17,623 nucleotides of DNA, taken from a virus. Positions 14,751 through 17,623 of the stretch are shown here, piece by piece; the first letter of the stretch is position 1; each line of letters begins with the position of its first letter. The position numbers and the translations under genes were made by a program. The notes under the pieces were generated by a model. It did no database searches and had not been told where the DNA came from. It worked only from the letters and a program-made list of their open reading frames with translations. Location of the stretch: the IMG/VR virus record IMGVR_UViG_3300010412_001298; one strand, 5' to 3'.

Positions 14751-15134
14751 ATGACTAGACAAATTACAATGTTTGATAAAAAAGGTAACGTTCGCCCCAC
14801 TAGTGTTAAAAGTGAAAGAACAATTAGAACACTTGGTGCTGAAAAAGGTGTTGATGTTCTAAATACTGTGCAAGAAGTTCTTGCCCAAGTATCAACTGGT
14901 AAACTTAATCAAAGAAGCATCAATTCACCGAAATTCAGTAAAAAAACAGGTCAACAATTACCGCGCCGGGTAACATTACATACCCAACATTTAACTTGGA
15001 TTCAAAAAGACCGTTTATTAACATTGTTAAACAACAGATTGGGCGAAAATAGAGTTGCAGCAATTGATAATGCGGTGATTATTTCCAAGAAAAATCCGCC
15101 AGTTAATAAAGTGGTAATTACATTAAATTGGTAA
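14751..15134 (+). CDS. hypothetical basic protein
   Basis: 127-aa ORF downstream of tandem promoters and AAAGGAAAACAAA. Confidence 0.8.
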   Translation: MTRQITMFDKKGNVRPTSVKSERTIRTLGAEKGVDVLNTVQEVLAQVSTGKLNQRSINSPKFSKKTGQQLPRRVTLHTQHLTWIQKDRLLTLLNNRLGENRVAAIDNAVIISKKNPPVNKVVITLNW

Positions 15135-15143
15135 TTACACATT

Positions 15144-15183
15144 AAATTTTAAAGGAATCTAATGGATTCCTTTAAAATTTTTT
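15144..15183 (+). terminator. rho-independent terminator
   Basis: AAATTTTAAAGGAATC-taatg-GATTCCTTTAAAATTT then TTT; 16-bp perfect stem. Confidence 0.8.
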
Positions 15184-15231
15184 CGATTAATTATTAGAAA
15201 AGCCGGTAGAAAAACACTTTTCCTTTTTATC

Positions 15232-15354
15232 ATGAAGAAGAAAAAATTAAAAAAATTTTTATTGTTTTTAAATAAAGAATTAAAACAAAACCAAAATATT
15301 ATTCCAGCTAATAAAAAACAATTAGAAAGAATCAAAAAATTAATAAAAAGATGA
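15232..15354 (+). CDS. 40-aa lysine-rich small ORF coupled to the methyltransferase
   Basis: MKKKKLKKFLLFLNKELKQNQNIIPANKKQLERIKKLIKR*; TGA overlaps the MTase ATG (ATGA). Confidence 0.4.
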   Translation: MKKKKLKKFLLFLNKELKQNQNIIPANKKQLERIKKLIKR

Positions 15355-16817
15355 AAAACAAATTAGGACAAGTTTTCACAAATGAAAAAATTATTGATTT
15401 AATACTAGATGAAATTGATATCATTAAAAATTATTCACAAAAAACAATAATAGATCCTTCATGTGGAGAAGGATCAATTTTAACAAGTATAGTAAAAAGA
15501 TTAGAAAAAGAAAATATAGAAAAATATATTCATGGATATGAAATAGATGAAAACATAATAAACAAATGTACAGAAAAATTAAATCAAATATATGAAACTA
15601 ATTGGAATATAGAAAAATGTAATGCTTTATATAAAGGAAATCAAGAAAAAGAAAAATATGATTTAATAATAGGTAATCCTCCATATATCAGTTATAATGA
15701 ATGTAAAAAACAAAAAATAATCAATAACAAAAAAATAAAAATGAGTAATTTTTATGGAATAAATTTAAATACAGTAAAGGGAAGAAAAAAAGCATATTCA
15801 CCAAAACCCAATTTATACGCATTTTTCATAGCATTAGGATTATACATTTTAAAAAAAGATGGTAGATTATGTTATATAATACCACAAACAGTATTAATAA
15901 ATACAGATTTAGATGTAATAAGATATCATTTATCAGAAAAAACAACTATAGAAAAAATAATACTTTTTGATGAAAAAATATTCAAAAATGAACAAAAAAA
16001 ACCAATAATAACATCATCATTAATAATAATAATAAAAAAACAAATACCAAATAAAGAACACAAAATAAAAATAATCAAAAATAATGAAGAAAAAGAAATA
16101 TCACAAATAGAATTAAGAAATAATATTTTTAATTGGAGTTTCATAAAAAATGATGAAGATTATAAAAAACAATTAAAATCTTATAATAACCATTTAACAA
16201 TTCATCAATATCGTTCAACATTTAGAAATTATGATGATATTATAATAGATGGTAGTGTAAATATATTAAAAAAAGATATAATAACAGAAATAAAAAATGA
16301 TGAAATAAATCAATATTACATAATACCAAAAATGATAAATGGTAAATATACCGCTGAAACATTAGGTTATTATAAAAAAACCTTACAAATAAAAAAAGCA
16401 CAAGGAAATAGAAATCATAGAATATTAACAGAAAGAAAATATAAAATAATATGGAAATATATCAATTTTGATCATTTTTATTTTATAGAAAAAAATGATG
16501 TTCTTCCTATGTATCAACAATATTGTATTGCATCAAATTATAAATCAGAAATCTTATTTTTATTAAGTATTTTAAATTCAACAATTAATTTAACATTATT
16601 AGAAAAAACATTCAAAATAGGTAATGAAAATAGATTATCTTTTTTATTAGGTTTGACATTTTTGAAAGAATTTATTCGTATACCAAAAATAACAGAACAA
16701 ACAAGAAGAATAAAAGAAAATATAATAATTCAAACAGAAAAACTTTTAGAAACAGATAATAATGAAATCATTAAAAAAAATATAGATGAAATGGTTTTTT
16801 TATTATATAACAATTAA
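15351..16817 (+). CDS. N6-adenine DNA methyltransferase (TaqI/Eco57I-like)
   Basis: MKNKLGQVFTNEKIIDLILDEI...IIDPSCGEGSILTSIVKR...YDLIIGNPPYISYNE (SAM-binding motif and NPPY), with a putative specificity region at the C-terminus. Confidence 0.93.
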   Translation: MKNKLGQVFTNEKIIDLILDEIDIIKNYSQKTIIDPSCGEGSILTSIVKRLEKENIEKYIHGYEIDENIINKCTEKLNQIYETNWNIEKCNALYKGNQEKEKYDLIIGNPPYISYNECKKQKIINNKKIKMSNFYGINLNTVKGRKKAYSPKPNLYAFFIALGLYILKKDGRLCYIIPQTVLINTDLDVIRYHLSEKTTIEKIILFDEKIFKNEQKKPIITSSLIIIIKKQIPNKEHKIKIIKNNEEKEISQIELRNNIFNWSFIKNDEDYKKQLKSYNNHLTIHQYRSTFRNYDDIIIDGSVNILKKDIITEIKNDEINQYYIIPKMINGKYTAETLGYYKKTLQIKKAQGNRNHRILTERKYKIIWKYINFDHFYFIEKNDVLPMYQQYCIASNYKSEILFLLSILNSTINLTLLEKTFKIGNENRLSFLLGLTFLKEFIRIPKITEQTRRIKENIIIQTEKLLETDNNEIIKKNIDEMVFLLYNN

Positions 16818-16825
16818 AGAAAAAA

Positions 16826-17293
16826 ATGGAAAAAAATATAATAATAAATAGATTGTTATTACCAATAAATATAAAAAATATTGAAAAAACAATAAAAACT
16901 ATTGAAGAATTGCAACAAAAAGAAAATTTAATAAAAATAGCAGAATACTTATCAATTCATTATTTAAAAGATAAAGTATATCAAATGAAAAATATCGATT
17001 TGATGCAATTTGAATTGAATGAATTAATTGATTTTATAAGTATGCAAATAAAATCATTATCCTTTATTTTAAAAAGAAAAACAACAAATGAATTAGAAGA
17101 AAAACATTATGAACAATTGGTATTATATGTTATTAATACAAAAGACACTGTTTCAAATATTTTAAATGGTTTATTATTACCATGTGAATATAGTGAATTT
17201 ATATATTTTTTAAATACACATTCTGGTTTATTTAAAAATAGATATAAAACTAAAGTTAATTTGATGTATAATTATTGTAAAAGATGTAGATGA
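16826..17293 (+). CDS. hypothetical protein, immediately downstream of the MTase
   Basis: 155-aa ORF, 8 nt after the MTase stop. Confidence 0.7.
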   Translation: MEKNIIINRLLLPINIKNIEKTIKTIEELQQKENLIKIAEYLSIHYLKDKVYQMKNIDLMQFELNELIDFISMQIKSLSFILKRKTTNELEEKHYEQLVLYVINTKDTVSNILNGLLLPCEYSEFIYFLNTHSGLFKNRYKTKVNLMYNYCKRCR

Positions 17294-17357
17294 TTCATTT
17301 TAGAAATTTTTGAAAAAAGAATGTAGATGATTCATTTTAGAAATTTTTGAAAAAAGA
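17284..17357 (+). repeat. 37-bp perfect tandem duplication
   Basis: atgtagatgattcattttagaaatttttgaaaaaaga at 17284-17320 and 17321-17357. Confidence 0.95.
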
Positions 17358-17379
17358 ATTTGAAAAAAGAAAAAAAAGA

Positions 17380-17408
17380 TTGACAATTTTTAAACTCAAA
17401 TATATAAT
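17380..17408 (+). promoter_or_regulatory. promoter TTGACA-N17-TATAAT (right dyad half degraded)
   Basis: TTGACA 17380-17385; TATAAT 17403-17408. Confidence 0.75.
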
Positions 17409-17452
17409 AGTATCAAGTTAAAAAGTTTTCAAAAAATATTTAAAAAAAGTAG

Positions 17453-17490
17453 TTGACAATTTTAAAACTTAAATGTATAATAGTATACAT
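17453..17490 (+). promoter_or_regulatory. promoter with dyad
   Basis: TTGACA 17453-17458, TATAAT 17476-17481, dyad 17473-17490. Confidence 0.8.
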
Positions 17491-17530
17491 ACAAACAAGT
17501 TAAATAAAACACACACATAAGGTTAATAAA

Positions 17531-17623
17531 ATGTTATTTTACGGACAAAAAAGAATTTTAGAAGAACAATACCCAGATTATTTAGATTATTCAAGAATGG
17601 GTTTAAAAAACCGTAGATTAAGA
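17531..17623 (+). CDS. 5' part of a CDS running off the window
   Basis: MLFYGQKRILEEQYPDYLDYSRMGLKNRRLR..., downstream of tandem promoters and AAGGT. Confidence 0.6.
   Translation, partial: MLFYGQKRILEEQYPDYLDYSRMGLKNRRLR

Overview
This is a very AT-rich, densely packed window that looks accessory, phage-like or plasmid-like, though that origin is an inference. It holds about 20 plausible CDSs, almost all on the + strand. Confident calls: a complete one-piece tmRNA (ssrA, about 1581-1933, tag ANDASYALVA), a tRNA-Gly(TCC)-like gene (4030-4102), an RtcB RNA ligase (9046-10305), an N6-adenine DNA methyltransferase (15351-16817), a WD40 beta-propeller protein, two divergently placed leucine-rich-repeat proteins, and an 800-aa protein with a TerD-like C-terminal region. 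The most striking signal is a long non-coding stretch (11763-12063) between a 99-aa ORF and the 800-aa gene. It has a perfect T-arm (ATAGG-TTCAAAT-CCTAT) and a 3' acceptor strand ATTTCGC-T-CCA. The matching 5' acceptor strand GCGAAAT lies downstream of the 3' strand, not upstream. The whole is clamped by a 9-bp helix and a 21-bp perfect helix, which is the topology expected of a circularly permuted tRNA or two-piece tmRNA-like precursor. A second 21-bp perfect helix follows about 80 nt downstream and shares a motif (AGTCATT-N8-TACTAC) in which the N8 is a compensated helix strand in both copies. The locus sits about 1.5 kb downstream of rtcB. Other signals are a family of TTGACA-N16/17-TATAAT promoters carrying an ATGTATA-N4-TATACAT dyad over the -10, three tandem-promoter leader cassettes, several local gene and segment duplications, and several unannotated small ORFs. 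No database or folding tool was run; all pairings were read by eye.
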